From Zootoca vivipara (Eukaryota), in contig NC_083283.1 in assembly GCF_963506605.1 (NCBI RefSeq), positions 83,824,001 to 83,888,000 on the forward strand: a DNA stretch of 64,000 nucleotides, in the 5' to 3' direction. The translations under genes and the position numbers were made by a program. Shown here piece by piece: positions 1-13,969 of the stretch (within the stretch, counting starts at the first letter, position 1; each line of letters starts with the position of its first letter). A model generated the notes under the pieces. That model made no database searches. It was given only the letters and a program-made list of their open reading frames with translations, and was not told the DNA's origin.

Positions 1-507
1 AGTTAACAGAGCATTGCTGCCAATATCTGCGTCAGAAGCACTCTCCAGTGGGAAAGGAGAATGTGGCAATCTTGATTCTGCAATAATCAATGTTTGCTCT
101 GTGACAGAGAAAATGGGGGCATTGTCATTTATGTCTGCAATCTCCACTTCCACATGGAAGACTTTCAGGGGTTTATCCACAATCACCTCCAGGTGGATGG
201 AGCACAAAGGGCTCTTGGCACACAGCTCCTCCCTGTCTATCCGGGAATTCACAAACAAAATGCCATTCTGCAAATTTACCTTGAAATAGTCCTCATGGCC
301 TTGAGATTCCACCTGGAACAGACGAGGCACCAGCTCACTCACCTCCAGCCCCAGGTCCTGGGCGATACGGCCCACAAAGGTGCCATGCTGGGATTCCTCC
401 GGCACAGAATAATGGAGCTGACCGCTCCCCATTTCCCAGGCTGTGTGAAGAAGAACCAGCTGCAGCAGCCTCCTCCTCACCCAGAATTCAATCCGCATAA
501 TAACCAT
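1..507 (-). CDS. PCDHA: Protocadherin-alpha variable exon, 5' part (signal peptide, EC1, start of EC2); runs off the window
   Basis: Absent from the ORF track because no stop falls in the window. Manual translation from the ATG at 507 is open to base 1: [53 protein letters not shown]...[12 protein letters not shown]...DINDNAP...[12 protein letters not shown]. Confidence 0.95.
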   Translation of the reverse strand, partial: MVIMRIEFWVRRRLLQLVLLHTAWEMGSGQLHYSVPEESQHGTFVGRIAQDLGLEVSELVPRLFQVESQGHEDYFKVNLQNGILFVNSRIDREELCAKSPLCSIHLEVIVDKPLKVFHVEVEIADINDNAPIFSVTEQTLIIAESRLPHSPFPLESASDADIGSNALLT

Positions 508-708
508 GGAGATTAGGATGCTTCCAAAATGTTTGTTTCAAATGCAGCTGATTCAGGTGATCTGGGGACCACCAGGGAGTAGCATCACTGGTAGAAATCT
601 CTCTGGATCATGTAATCGTATCCAGCTGTCTCCTGTCTTTTTTCTTCAAATGCCTTTTTAAAGGTAGAGAGCTGTATTTAGAGGTTTCCAATAGGATTGT
701 TTAGGCAA

Positions 709-726
709 TTGCGACCCCGTGTGACT
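709..726 (-). promoter_or_regulatory. CSE / promoter CTCF site of the 1-507 exon
   Basis: Minus strand AGTCACACGGGGTCGCAA, ~200 bp upstream of the ATG; aligns with the other six CSEs. Confidence 0.75.
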
Positions 727-2090
727 GACTGTGTTCAGTGCAGACAATACCGTGTTCCTTCATTTTGTCTGCTGTTTGAATGTCTGGCATGGATTACTGT
801 TAGGGGAATAAGTTCATATATTTGTCGCACTTCATGCAAATTGGAAGTCATCAAGAGTCTGCAAGAGTTCGTTCTACCTTCATAGAGATTACATAATGTG
901 GATTTTCCTCTTCGTTTTCAATGTTTTATAAAAGTTCTTCATTATATAAATTTCTTGACATAATGTGTTAAGTAATAGTTTCCCGGGGTGATGGTTCACA
1001 TACACACAAATTTATCCATTCATTTTCTTAATGATGTATTCTGATTAGTCAGTCTTTTGAAAGAGGGGGTGAAATCTTTCCAAGAAATGAGTTGCTTCTG
1101 ACAAGTGTTTATTTGTGGTTATTATTTCCTCTGATAATGGAGACTGCTCTCCAAAACCAGTTTACACTAACACTTACATTATATTACAAAAGCATTTAAA
1201 CCACTAGTTTAGTGTGATTGTTAGTATCTTAACTGTTAGAGTGGTCCAACTAGGACTTAGACGACCTGGGTTCAAATCTGTACTCAGTCATGAAGCTCTT
1301 ACTGTGTTTTTCTCTGAGGATCAAGAGTGTGAGAACATGTAAGCCACCCTGAGCATCTTGGAGGAAAATAAATATATAATCAATAAATAAATACACTTCG
1401 GGATAAAGCACAGAGTGTATGCTTATGTTCCAAAGTGGTCGCCCATGTTATGCCTTCAGTTTTCAGCACCTCTGCTGGTGTTGGAGAATGTAACATCACA
1501 GTAAATTTTGGGGGGTTTCATTATTTTTCATTATAAGATTTACATATAGTTCCCCTCCAATATAATTTTATGCACTCATAGTTCCATCATATACAAAGAA
1601 AATATCACTGATGAGATTTTCAGACATTACTTTCAGACAAAAAAACTACTCTTTTTATATTAGGTCTTTCAGTCACCATTGTGTATCACTTCATTTTCTT
1701 TTATTTAAGAAATTTATACCCCACTTTTCATCATATGTCTCAAAGCAACTATTAGACTACCTTCAAATTTCATCAGTTAAAGAAAGTGTAGAGCTATAAA
1801 TGCAGACCCTAAGCTTGCCTATGCTGCCGTTCTGTGACACACACCAACTGCCATGTATAAACACGCGAGCTGGTCCATTGACATGTAGAGTCTGTCTCAA
1901 GAGACAATGGAGTGAGATTCCAGAGGTGAAGTCAAACCACTGTGTTAGCAGCACCTAAGTGACCTTCCATGGTGCGCAACCCTGGGCAGTGTGTATAGAG
2001 GTCCTGGGCTGCTCAGATGACAAGATCCCCATATTGGCCTCACTGATGTGGTCCATAGCAAAGCAGAACAATACATTCAGCACCAGCTTA

Positions 2091-2114
2091 ACACACACAC
2101 ACACACACACACAC
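2091..2114. repeat. (CA)n microsatellite
   Basis: Direct reading. Confidence 0.95.
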
Positions 2115-2240
2115 CACCAACCACTGGTATGTTGAAAATGGGCAGACTACATGAGCTACAAGTGCTTTAACCATTGTTTATAATATTGTCTTTAATGCTA
2201 TAACTTGCCCTGTGACCTTAGCATGAAGGATAGGTAATAA

Positions 2241-2242
<2 letters not shown>

Positions 2243-2288
<46 letters not shown>

Positions 2289-2710
2289 TTATTATTTATA
2301 CCCCGCCCATCTGGCCGGGTTCCCCCAGCCACTCTGGGCGGCTTCCAACAAAACATTAAAATACAGAAATCAAACATTAAAAGCTTCCTTGAGATGCCTT
2401 CTAAGGGTCTGGTAATTGTTCTCTTTGACCTCTGGTGGGAGGGCATTCCACAGGGTGGGTGCCACTACCAAGAAGGCCCTCTGCCTGGTTCCCTGTAACT
2501 TGGCTTCTCGTAGCGAGGGAACCGCCAGAAGACCCTCGGCGCTGGACCTCAGTGTCCGGGCAAAACGATGGGGGTGGAGATGCTCCTTCAGGTATACCGG
2601 ACCGAGGCTGTTTAGGGTTTTAAAGGTCAACACCAACACTTTGAATTGTGCTCGGAAACGTACTGGGAGCCAATGTAGGTCTTTCAGTGTTATGTGGTCT
2701 CGGCGGCCAT
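2243..2710 (-). mobile_element. L2-type LINE 3' fragment with (AAT)n tail
   Basis: ORF 2370-2729 reads LHWLPVRFRAQFKVLVLTFK...RTLRSS...RAFLVVAPTLWNALP, the ORF2 C-terminus of L2 LINEs; (AAT)n at 2243-2288. Confidence 0.85.
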
Positions 2711-2924
2711 TAATAGTAATGATGGGCATTATATGTCTACTTTATCCAAGAAAGCACTCAAATGTTTGACCATGTTTGCTTATTTTGAAAAATAGCTATA
2801 GAGATATAGGAATCGATATGTGCTATTTTCCAAATATTCTTATATTTTTGATAATGAAACTTTTGCTTTAAATTCATTTTGTTTCTCAATTCCATTCGAT
2901 TCCTTAATTGAATATGAATGTGAA

Positions 2925-3460
2925 AAAAATCTAGGGGTCTTAGTAGACCACAAGCTTAACATGAGTCAACACTGTGATGCAGCAGCAAAAAAATAATAAT
3001 TAAGAAGGATATTGGCAACCTGGAATGTGTGCAGAGGAGGGCAAGCAAGGTGATCAAGGGTCTGGAAACCAAGCCTTATGAGGAATGGTTGAAGGAGCTG
3101 GGTATGTTTAGCCTGGAAGGAGACTGAAAGGAGATATGATAGCCATTTTTGAATGTCATATGGGCTGCCACATGGAAGATCAAGCAAGCTTGTTTTCTCC
3201 TGCTCTGGAGGGTAGGACCTGAAATAATGGCTTCTAGTTACAAGAAAGGAGATTCTGACTACAAATTAGGAAGAGCTTTTTGACAGTAAGAGCTGTTTGA
3301 CAGTGGAACAGGCGCCTTTGGTAGACTTTCCTTCCTTAGAGGTTTGCAAGCAGAGGTTGGATGGTCATCTGTCATGTATGATTTAATTGGGATTTAGTTG
3401 GGGGGTTGGATTAGATGACTGTCAAGTGTCCCTTCCAACTCTACAATTTTATGTTTCTAT
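2925..3460 (+). mobile_element. CR1 LINE 3' fragment
   Basis: CR1 motifs ggggtcttagtagaccacaagct and ggtatgtttagcctgga, with a 3' end ccttccaactcta..tttatg. Confidence 0.8.
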
Positions 3461-4149
3461 AAACTATTCTAAGATGTTTTAGTAGCTTTTACTTAATTCT
3501 ACTGCAGTGCAAACCAGGCTTTTACAAATCATTAAAATACATGGGGTCATGAATTCTCAGTTTTGTACTCTTTTCCAGTATGTTCATACAGACCACCACA
3601 TTTTGTCTAAGCAAATAAGTGAACAAAATTGATAACTTGTATTTTCATATTAAAGAATCTGGAAGCACATTGTGGCCAGAGAGTTTGAATGAGGAAAATC
3701 CAGAATTAATGGAACTCCATCAGTTATAGCCCACACTGACTATTGTGACTGCAATCTTGATTGAAGAACTTGCTTTACCATTCACCTTGAACCACTCAAA
3801 ATTCTCCATTGATGAAAACTCAGCTCTGGGCAGAACATCTGGCCTTGTTGCCTCAATGGTCATCCAAATTTGGGCAGAATAACTTCTCTGGCTGTTCCTG
3901 TCCCTTCTCTTTTATCACCCTTCTCTTGCATCGCCTGCACTCTGCTATCCAGCAGCCAGTCATGCTCTTACACTTCTTAGATTGTGGACTGTATTAAGAG
4001 TCACTTACAGTATTCTAAGCCATTCTGCCTTGTCTCAGGTGACAGCTCCATTTTAAGTAGACACAAATCAATCAGATATGTGTCTACAGCTGCTGCCTCC
4101 TATCTCCATTCCTCTTCCTGCTTTGTTATGTTACCAAGGGGACCAACTG

Positions 4150-4670
4150 ACTGCAACCTGCTGTGGAGTTTCCATAATTGACTCATCAAAATATTCTCTA
4201 TAATTTCAATTTATTAAAATCATTTTCCTATACCCAGCAATTATATTTCATTCCAAGCTAGTGTTTCAGAGTTTTCCCCAGATCAAGATTTCCAAAATTC
4301 TCTCAAAAAGATGACCATTCTAATATATCAAAGGCTTTCTGAGCACCAAGCGATATCAAAATAGGGATCAACACTCCTTAGTTTTGCTTTGAAAGAATAT
4401 TGGACCAGATTCAATTCACTGGCCCCAATAGCAGAAGCCCACACAAGGATGTGGAGAAGAGGGAAGGTTGTTTCCATTGAACAAGCAGAAATGCTTGTAT
4501 TGCCAGAACAATTATTTTAACATAATATTGGATTCCTCCCAATAATTCAAATGTTGTCAAAAGGCTACTTTAATAAATTGCATTTGACCAGACTCCGTAT
4601 AAGGCTAAAGAAGCTAGCAAGATTATATGTATTTATATGTAATAAGATCTTACAAACCATATTCACATGT
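4150..4670 (-). mobile_element. Decayed L1/Tx1-type reverse transcriptase fragment
   Basis: Minus strand encodes SLGAQKAFD (cf. SLDAEKAFD), with upstream Q..FIK...DNI-like remnants and many disruptions. Confidence 0.55.
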
Positions 4671-5354
4671 TACCCAGGCACTGACAGGGAGCAGGGTCAC
4701 ACCACTGACCTCATTTCCAACATTGTGTACACCCTGGGTCTCACTCATTGGATGTCCACACATTGCACTGCCATGGCCCATGACTTAAGAGATCATGCAT
4801 TGTGCAATAGACAGCATCCCTCGGTTACGAATAACTATAATAATTGAATGAATGTTTATGGCTTCTGGAGAAAAAAGTTTCTTAAACCAGATGCTTATAT
4901 TTAAATAAGTCTGCCCCAACAAATCTAGAATAAATTCTAGTTTCCAGGACATTGGCAAGTGCTGCAGCTAAGTTGCTCATCTTGTCACCACTGAACTTAC
5001 TAGATACAACAGGGACTGAGTCTCCACCCACCCCTGAAACCACAATTCACAAGAGGCAAATAATAACTATATTTGGATGGGATTACAAACTCATTCCTAG
5101 AAAAGCAGTAAGTACTAATAAAATACACAAGTTAAAATTACAGGAATTTAATTCTTCACTGACCCAATTCTCCAAATGTGGAATATGTTTAAAACAAAGC
5201 AACACATTTAAATAAAGAATATATGCAAAAATAATACAGGTAAGTATTTCTAGCAAGCCAGATTTACGGTATTTACTTTTAATTATCTCAAAAGATAAAG
5301 CAGTGCTTTGATCATGGAACAAATTAAGTTAGCCAAAAACATTTTTGCAACACA

Positions 5355-5780
5355 TATCGCCGTCTCTCAGATAAGCCTGCCTGAGCATTAAGATCTTCAG
5401 TCAGAGGCCCTCCTTTAACAACAGATCTGAACTGCCTTCTAAACTGAGGCACGCCAAGAAAGGGCCTTTTGTGTTGTGGCACCATTCCTCTGGAACACCC
5501 TCTTCAGGAAATTTGTTTAGCACTGAATCCTATATCTCTCCAATGCCATGCAAAGATCTTTTAAAATATTTTTTTCTCTAGGCCTTCCAGCATGCTACAA
5601 AGCTGGTTTTAATCTGCTGGCTTTAATTGTTTTTCAATATGCTATTTTGTGTGGGTTGCTGCAAAATATTTTTTTTAATGGTTGTTTTAGCTTTTTACAA
5701 CAGCTATAAGCTACCTCAGGGAGTTTTTAAATCTAATCGTAACATAGAAATGTTTTAAATATAATAAAATAAAATACCAG
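5355..5780 (+). mobile_element. Old L2 LINE 3' fragment
   Basis: gggccttttgtgttgtggcacc..tggaacaccct resembles the element at 2243-2710. Confidence 0.6.
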
Positions 5781-5911
5781 AGACACTGATGCTTCAAACT
5801 CTGAGCATCACTATCACAATAGCAGTCATACTCAGTAGTGTGAGGCTGATTTAATGGCTACAATTACATATGATAAAAGTTCCCAAATGTTCCTCAGAAT
5901 GTATTACTCAC

Positions 5912-8281
5912 CTGCGCTGATGAATCACCAAGCATTTGTTCCTGTTTCTCACTGCCTTGCAGAGGAGGAATGTTGGGGCTGAAAACCATGAGGTCACTTT
6001 TGATGCCAGCTTCACCACTCACACCTGCCAGGATATGGCTATGACGATTTGAATATGACCAGCTACCCACTTCACTGGCACATACGAGGGTGGCTGTGCC
6101 AGGGCCATATATCATAGCCTCCTTTGCCTGGGACTGGCATCGCAGGACAATGTATATTATGATTGCAAGCAGAAACAAGCTGGACACTGAGCAGATGGCA
6201 ATGATTAGGTAGATGTTGGCACTGCCCACAAGAGGCTTTGGGTTACCTCCTGTTCTTGGAAGGTGAACATCAGTACGGGTGAGCTGGGTGCTTGCCACCA
6301 GTGTCACGCTTAATGTAGCAGTAGCTGACAACATTGGATTCCCGTGGTCCTTCACCAAGACCAGCAGATTCTGGCTACTACCACTAACCTCTCCCTCATC
6401 AAGGACACGTGTAGTGCTGATCTCTCCACTGTACTGCCCAACTCGCCAAGGACCACTAGTCCCTTCATGCATTTCATACCGTAGCCATGCATTGTAGCCT
6501 GAGTCAGCATCCAGGGCTTGTATTTTCCCCACTATATGCCCGGCCATCACAGGGATCACTAGCAGAACTGGGTTTTCTTCTGCCATCCCAGACACTGCAG
6601 GTGCATTGTCATTCTCATCCACCACAAAAACCTGAATAGTCACATTGCCACATAAGGAGGGCAGCCCAGCATCCTTGGCCTTCACTTGGAACTCCAGCAG
6701 CTTCACCTCCTCATAATCCAAGGGCTGCAATGCATAGACCTTCCCACTCTCTGAGTGCACCGAGATGTAGCTTGTCAGGGGCCACAGCTTCTCATCGATC
6801 CAGTAGCTGACCAGCGCATTCTCAGCCACATCTGGATCTGAGGCAGACACAGTGAAGATGTGAGCACCAGGTGGGTTGTTCTCCTTCACAAAGACTGTGT
6901 AAGATGGCTGTGCAAAAGTGGGTGCATTGTCATTCACATCACCAATGGGCACCACCAGGCTGCTGGTGACTGAGAGCGATGGAGTCCCTTGGTCTTGAGC
7001 TGTTACAAGCAGCTTGTATTCAGCCACTTGCTCCCGGTCCAGAGGCTCAGACACTACCAGAGAGTAGTAATTCTTGAAGGTGGACACCAACTTGAAGGGA
7101 AGTTCAGGGGGGTGCAGGAAGCAGCTTATTTGTCCATTGGCCCCAGAATCCTGATCTGAGACACTGATCAGGGCCACCACCATTCCAGGCAGGGAATCCT
7201 CTGGCACTGGCACCAGGAGAGATTTTAATGACATCTCAGGGGCATTGTCATTGACATCTAGCACTTCAACCACAACACTGCAATATCCTGTCATTGGATT
7301 GCTCCCTTTGTCGCTAGCTTGTACCTGAATCTCATATTGGTGGTTTTCCTCAAAGTCTAATTTTCCTTTTGTTCTTATTTCCCCATTAACAGAATCTAAA
7401 GCAAATATATTTTTTAATTTAACAGGCACACGGTTCTGAAATGAGTATGTAATCTCCTTATTGATTCCCTCATCCATATCTGTGGCATTCAATCTGACCA
7501 CTAATGTCCCACTTAGAACATCCTCTGTCATTTGGACTTTATAAACTGACTGATTAAAGGCAGGTGCATTGTCATTTTCATCAAGAACGGAAATCACCAG
7601 CTGTGCTGTGCCACTGAGCTCTGGCTTCCCCCCGTCGATGGCTGTGAGCAGCAAACGATGCTTAGCTCTCACCTCTCTGTCTAGAGGGGTTTTTAAAAGG
7701 AGTGCTAGTGATTGACTTTCATCATGTTTCCTCTGAACATCTAGACTAAAGTATTCACTGGGGCTGAGTGTATAGGTGAGGTGAGAATTTGGACCGATAT
7801 CTGCATCAGAAGCTCCCTCCAGAGGGAAAAATGATCCAGGCATTCTCATTTCTGAAATAAAGACATTTTGTTCTATTTGAGGAAATGTAGGAGGATTGTC
7901 ATTTATGTCCTTGATCTCCACCTCAATATGAAAGACCCTCAGAGGCTTATCCACAATCACCTCCAGGTGAATGGCACACAAAGGGCTTTTGCCACACAGC
8001 TCCTCCCTGTCTATTCGAGAGTTAACAAACAAAATCCCATTCTGAACATTTACCTCTAAATAGTCCCCTTGGCTTTGAGACTCCATCCGGAACATCCGAG
8101 GCACCAGCTCATCCACCTCCAGTCCCAGATCCTGGGCAATGCGGCCCACAAAGGTGCCATGCTGGGATTCTTCAGGCACAGAATAATGGAGCTGGCCGCT
8201 CCCTCTCTCCCAAGCCATGCAGATGAAAAACAGCTGCAGCAGCTGCCTTCTCACCAAGCAGCATCGGAGCAAAACAACCAT
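5912..8281 (-). CDS. PCDHA: Protocadherin-alpha variable exon (790 codons)
   Basis: Six cadherin repeats (DRE, DxNDNAP, AxDxG), alpha-type [22 protein letters not shown] and GSWSYS...DLMVFSP; phase-0 donor CAG|GTGAGT at 5912/5911. Confidence 0.97.
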
Positions 8282-8468
8282 AGCAATGGTAGGTCTTATT
8301 CCTGGTTTTTAAAAATTAAATCCACTCTTGTGATGGCATTAAAGGCTGGGAAACAGTCAGTTGTTACGCTGTTGTAGCCATTCTGTCCTCTGATGGTCTC
8401 TGTTCTTTCTGAATTGCTGGGAGGGGCTTTGATAATTGCATCAAAAGAGTGTTTTGATTTTCAGTGGA

Positions 8469-8486
8469 TAGCGACATCTTGTGACA
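8469..8486 (-). promoter_or_regulatory. CSE / promoter CTCF site
   Basis: Minus strand TGTCACAAGATGTCGCTA with the CGCT box, ~190 bp upstream of the ATG. Confidence 0.85.
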
Positions 8487-9842
8487 AACCAGTATTAGTG
8501 GCATACAAATGTTCCTTCCTTTTCATTTTCCCTATTTTTTGGCTCAATAATATAGTAGGATTCATTTGCATTTTGCTGGTATTATATTGTAATATTTTTT
8601 TCTTTGAAAAGTTAGTGTCTCTTAACCACATCACAGTATTTTTTTAAGAAATAAAGCCTGTTCTGCATTTTAGGTAGAGAGCACATGTTGACTTAATTGG
8701 CCAAAATTAAATCAAAATGGTTTGGCTCCCCTAGAGTTTTGTACTGGGTTACCCACATTGTTAGAAGTGTTCCACTCATTTTAGAAACTCTTATTTTTGT
8801 TTCTTTGCCATTTTCCCTTCACTATGTTTTCACAAGGGGCCAAAGGGGCCATCCTCACCGGCAAGTTTATCTTGTCACCAGTCCACAGTCATCCCATCAC
8901 CCTATACAATGAAGGCCAGGCCACTGTCACAGTGTTGGCAGCCAGAGAGTTGAGATTCTTTGCCAAATGTGCATGCTAAGATTAAAGCAAATCAAACAAG
9001 GCACACTCTACCAGGGGTGGGAAGAATTCCTTCTAGATTCTAATTATGAAACACAATCCAAACCCTGAGCAAAATCCCTTTGCCACGTCAAGAAAGAAAA
9101 AGGAAGAACAGGAAGGGTCACAAATGATGGACCATGATTATTGGAAGTCACAAGATAACCTATCTACATATGCCCAAGTCAGTCTTGCACTCAGTTTCAT
9201 TTAGGTCCATCTGATTATGCTTCCTTTATGCTGAGCTTTAGATTGTAAGTTCCTTGGGAGCACAGACATATCCTCTTTCACTCTATAAAATACCATGCAC
9301 ACTGATGGTGCCATCTGAATAGTTAAGGCAACCAATCATAAGTTCCAATGCATACTTTATTCATGGAGCTCTAATTCAAACAGTGAAGTGGTTCGATCCA
9401 GATAAATTAATTTCTTCCTCAATCTGTCAGCCTTTAAAGGCCTGAGGAGTTCTTTATTCTATAGAATATTAAAAGGAATCTTTATGACAACAATGAGTTG
9501 TTGGGATTTTTCAGGGAAGCGAGCATGCTGATAAATTGAATAGCATATCTGGAGTCTGAAGTTGAAGAACTCTGTTCTCTCAGGTTCATTTCGTTTCGTT
9601 TGCTATGATACTATGCAACCTGTCCTCCAAGTAGCTCAGAGCAACACGTTTCCCTCCTCATTATTTGCACATCAACCCTGTGACGTAGAATAAGCTAAGG
9701 GATAGTGATGGCCCAATTGCTGTAATGGTTTTCAACAATGACATTGGTTAAACAAATGGATGCAGAAATGCAGCCATTTGGTCATGTCATTCACAACTGT
9801 TCTTATCATCTGGTTTTACTTTGTCATTACAAATAAAATTCA

Positions 9843-10220
9843 GGTAAAGGTAAAGGTACCCCTGACCGTTAGGTCCAGTCGCGGACGACGCTGGGGGTTG
9901 TGCACTCATCTCGCTCTATGGGCCGAGGGAGCTGGTGTTTGTCCGCAGACAGCTTCCGGGTCATGTGGCCAGCATGACTAAGCTGCTACTGACCATTTGG
10001 AGGTCTTGACAGCCATATGTCAGGAATGCTTTGATGGTGTTTCCTGCTTGGCAGGGGGTTGGTCTGGATGGCCCTTGTGGTCTCTGATTCTATGAACCAG
10101 AGCAGCACATGGAAACACCGTTTACCTTCCTGCCAAAGGAGTACCTATTTATCTACTTGCACTTTTGGGCATGCTTTCGAACTGCTAGATTGGCAGGAGC
10201 TGGGACCGAGCAACGGGAGC
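9843..10220 (-). mobile_element. Sauria SINE interrupted by a CR1 3'-end fragment (~9990-10093)
   Basis: ggtaaaggtaaagg tail; reverse complement of the SINE at 29585-29939; the insert matches the CR1 end at 14057-14203. Confidence 0.85.
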
Positions 10221-11143
10221 AAGAATGGGTAACAAAAAAACGATGCTCTTGCAAAAACTACCTTTGCAAATATTTTCAGGATTACTTTCTATCTTGTTCT
10301 TATCACACTGGAATCTTGAAGCTCAGGTCGTAATACATATGGTTGTATCACCTGTATCATACAGATTAGGCTGAATGATAATGAGTGGGCCTAGGCTACC
10401 TTGTGCAATTTGTGGCTGAATGGACATCTGGCCCCCTCTTCTAAGATTGTTGCTGTTATGCCATCATCATGATCCTACCCAATAGTAGGTCCCGCCAAAT
10501 AGTTTGTAAGGTGTCGGTAATGACTAGTTGTTAATGCAGCATATCCCTTGAAAACTTGACCAGAGTTTATAGAAAAGTCAGGGATTTCCACAGTAATAGC
10601 AATTTGAAACACATGCATGTCAGAGCTGCCTAGAGACTAGGGTACATCATAGAATACCAAGCTTCCTACACCGTTTCCTGCAACTCTGCATCACAATTAA
10701 AGAGAGTTAAGCCTTCATATCCAAAATACCTTCTCCTCAGGGAAAGCTTCAAACAGCTAGGACGTCAACTTGACAGATTCCATCACTTCTCAAAGTAAGG
10801 GAAGAGTGAATTCCACCCCCACACATTCTACTGCACTGTAATATTATCACTGGAGGCCCATCAAATATTGTAAGCATGAAATGAATTTTATACTTTTTTA
10901 TACATTTTATACTTCTATACTTTTTTATTGTAAGCAAAATTGTACCTGTCTTGAGCCTGGGTGGAAGGACAGGCAAGAAATTCAATTAAGAAAGAGAACA
11001 GGTAAATATCTATAAGTGCACAGATCAATTAAGCCCCATTGTCTCTCTATATGGTGTCCTACAGTATAATGCCATGTATTCAAACCAGAAAGGAATACAA
11101 GAGCATCAGTTACAAGGATTCTTAAGGCTTCCATATGACTCAC

Positions 11144-13501
11144 CTCTCCAGATAAATTTGGAACAAGCTCCTTTGCATTTCCTACTCCTGTGTTCACAGC
11201 AAAGACAGGAATATTGGGACTGAAAACCATGAGGTCATTCTTGGTACCAGCTTCCCCAGCCACACATCCCAGGTTGCGACTATGACGTTGTGAATATGAC
11301 CAGCTACCCACTTCACTGGCGCACACTAGTGTGGCTGTGCCAGGACCATACCTGGCACCGTCCTCGAGCTGAGACTGGCATCGCAGAGCCACATACACAA
11401 CGATGGCAAGCAGGAACAAGCTGGACACTGAGCAGATGGCAATGATCAGGTAAATGTTTGTAGTGTCCACCAGGGGCGTTAGGCTCCCTCCCATTCTGGA
11501 GAGGTGGGCATCAGCTTGAGCAGCCTGGGTACTTGCTACCAGGGAAATACTCAACGTAGCTGTGGTTGACAGTACAGGCTTGCCATGGTCCTTCACCAGC
11601 ACCAACAGAAGCATGCTATTGCCTACCCCTTCTGTCTCATCCAGTGCATGTGTAGTACTAATCTCACCACTGTACAGTCCCACATGCCAGGAGCTACTAC
11701 TTCCTTCATGCAGCTCATAGTGCAACCAGGCATTGTAGCCTGAGTCAGCATCCAGGGCACGGATCTTGCCCACCATGTGTCCTGCAGTAACAGGAACTAC
11801 CAGCAGGATGGGGGCCTCTGCTGCCTTAGAAACTTCAGGTGCATTATCATTCTCATCCACCACAAAGACTTGCACCGTCACATTGCCACACAGGGAGGGC
11901 AGCCCAGCATCCTTGGCCCTCACTTGGAACTCCAGCAGCTTCACCTCTTCATAATCCAAGGGCTGAAGAGCATAGAGCTTCCCACTTTCTGAGTGTACCG
12001 AGATGTAGCTCGACAGGGGCCAGAGCTTCTCATCCAGCCAGTAGCTGACCAGGGCGTTTTCAGCCACATCTGGGTCTGAGGCAGACACGGTGAAGATGTG
12101 AGCACCCGGTGGGTTGTTCTCCTTCACAAAGACCGTGTAGGAGGGCTGAGGGAAAGCAGGTGCATTGTCATTCACATCACCGATGGGCACCACAAGGCTG
12201 CTGCTAGCTGACAGTGATGGAGTCCCTTGGTCTTGGACTGTCACCACCAGCCTGTATTCAGCCACCTCCTCGCGGTCCAGGGATTCAGCCAGCACCAGTG
12301 AGTAGTAATTCTTAAAGGTGGATATCAGCCTGAAGGGAAGTCCATGTGGCCACAGGGAGCAACTAACTTGAGCATTGATGCCTGCATCGCTGTCCGATAT
12401 ACTCATCAGGGCCACCACTGTCCCCAGTGGGGAGTCCTCTGGCACCGGCACAGACATGGATGTCACAGACAGTTCTGGAGCATTGTCATTCACATCCAAA
12501 ACCTGGATCAGAACTTTGCAGTGTCCGACCAAAGAGTAGGACCCTTGATCAGCAGCTTCCACTTGCAATTCAAATAAGTTAATATCTTCAAAGTCTATCT
12601 TTCCTTTGGTTTTGATTTCACCGGTGTTGGAATCTATGGAAAAAGACTGCCTTAAATGGGCAGGCATCATATTGCTAAATGAATACAGTATTTCTTTATT
12701 CGTTCCTTCATCCAAGTCATAAGCAGCCAAAGTGATGACTGGTGTTCCCTCTGTGACGTTTTCCAGCAGATGCACCTCATACACAGACTGGTTAAACATT
12801 GGTACATTATCATTTACATCTAGTACAGTTATCTTCAGCTGCACCGAACCAGTTAGCTCTGGTTGTCCCCCATCAGTGGCAGTAAGTAATAAATGATGTA
12901 CAGAGATTTTTTCTCGATCCAGGGCATTGTATAGCACGAGTGCTAAAGATTTACTGAGATCTCCATGCTTTTCTTCACGTAGCTGAAAATAATCATTTGG
13001 ACTAAGGATGTAGGTAAGCAGACCATTTGAACCAATATCGGCATCTGAAGCTCCCTCTAGTGGAAAATAGGAGCCCAGCAGCCTAGATTCCAAAATAAAT
13101 AGCTGGTGTTCATTTACTGGGAAAATGGGGGCATTGTCATTTATGTCCCTGATCTCCACCTCCGCATGGAAGATCCTGAGAGGCTTGTCCACAATCATCT
13201 CTAGATGAATGATGCAAATGGGACTCTGAGCACACAGCTGCTCCCTGTCAATTCGGGAATTCACAAACAAAACACCATTCTGAACATTTACCTCAAAATA
13301 GTCCTCCTGTCCTTTGGAAACCATCCGGAACATCCGAGGCACCAGCTCCTCCACCTCCAGCCCCAGGTCCTGGGCAATGCGGCCCACAAAGGTGCCATGC
13401 TGGGATTCTTCAGGCACAGAATAATGGAGCTGGCCGCTCCCCATCAACCAGACTGTGGGAAGCAAAATCAGCTGCAGCATCTGCCTTCTCCCCGTCTCCA
13501 T
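11144..13501 (-). CDS. PCDHA: Protocadherin-alpha variable exon (786 codons)
   Basis: Same architecture; donor GAG|GTGAGT at 11144/11143. The ORF-track tail beyond the donor is intronic read-through. Confidence 0.97.
13050..13063 (-). promoter_or_regulatory. Exonic CTCF site (eCBS) in the EC2 FPLEGA codons
   Basis: CCACTAGAGGGAGC, a close match to the CTCF core at the position of the mammalian Pcdha eCBS. Confidence 0.7.
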
Positions 13502-13731
13502 TGAGCTGTGGTTTCTTAGAATGATGGCCAGAATGTGAGGTTTCCTGATGCTATGAATTCATCCTTTGGTTAATGAAAATTGCTCTTGAAAAGGTGGAAT
13601 CTGCTTTGTTCTGTTATATTTTGATGGTATCTGGGGTTTTCCTCCGGATTCTTGCGTCAAATCATTTGCTTTCCATCTGAGGGCAGGGCAGCAAATCTCC
13701 TTAGGTTTCCTTGAAGAGATTTTGTAGGCAA

Positions 13732-13749
13732 GAGTGACACCATGTGTCT
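13732..13749 (-). promoter_or_regulatory. CSE / promoter CTCF site, CACT variant
   Basis: Minus strand AGACACATGGTGTCACTC, ~230 bp upstream of the ATG. Confidence 0.75.
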
Positions 13750-13969
13750 GAATTCACAAGCACAGTGGTTTAGCAGGGCTTCCAAAATGGTTTTTCCTGG
13801 TTCACAGATTCTTCTGATATTTTAATTATTAAATAATTATTAATCAACCTCATTAGTTTGTTAATAGTTTACACAGTGTTTATCTTCCCAGATTATTCAC
13901 CAGGGCAGGGCAGTCTAAATATGCAACACTAATTCCAGCAGGACTGTACCTGCTACTAATTAGTTTCTA

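Noticed and set aside
10982-11143. Extra 53 C-terminal residues of the 839-aa ORF, and similar short tails on other exons
   Set aside because: They lie beyond consensus phase-0 splice donors and are intronic; relevant only if the intron is retained.
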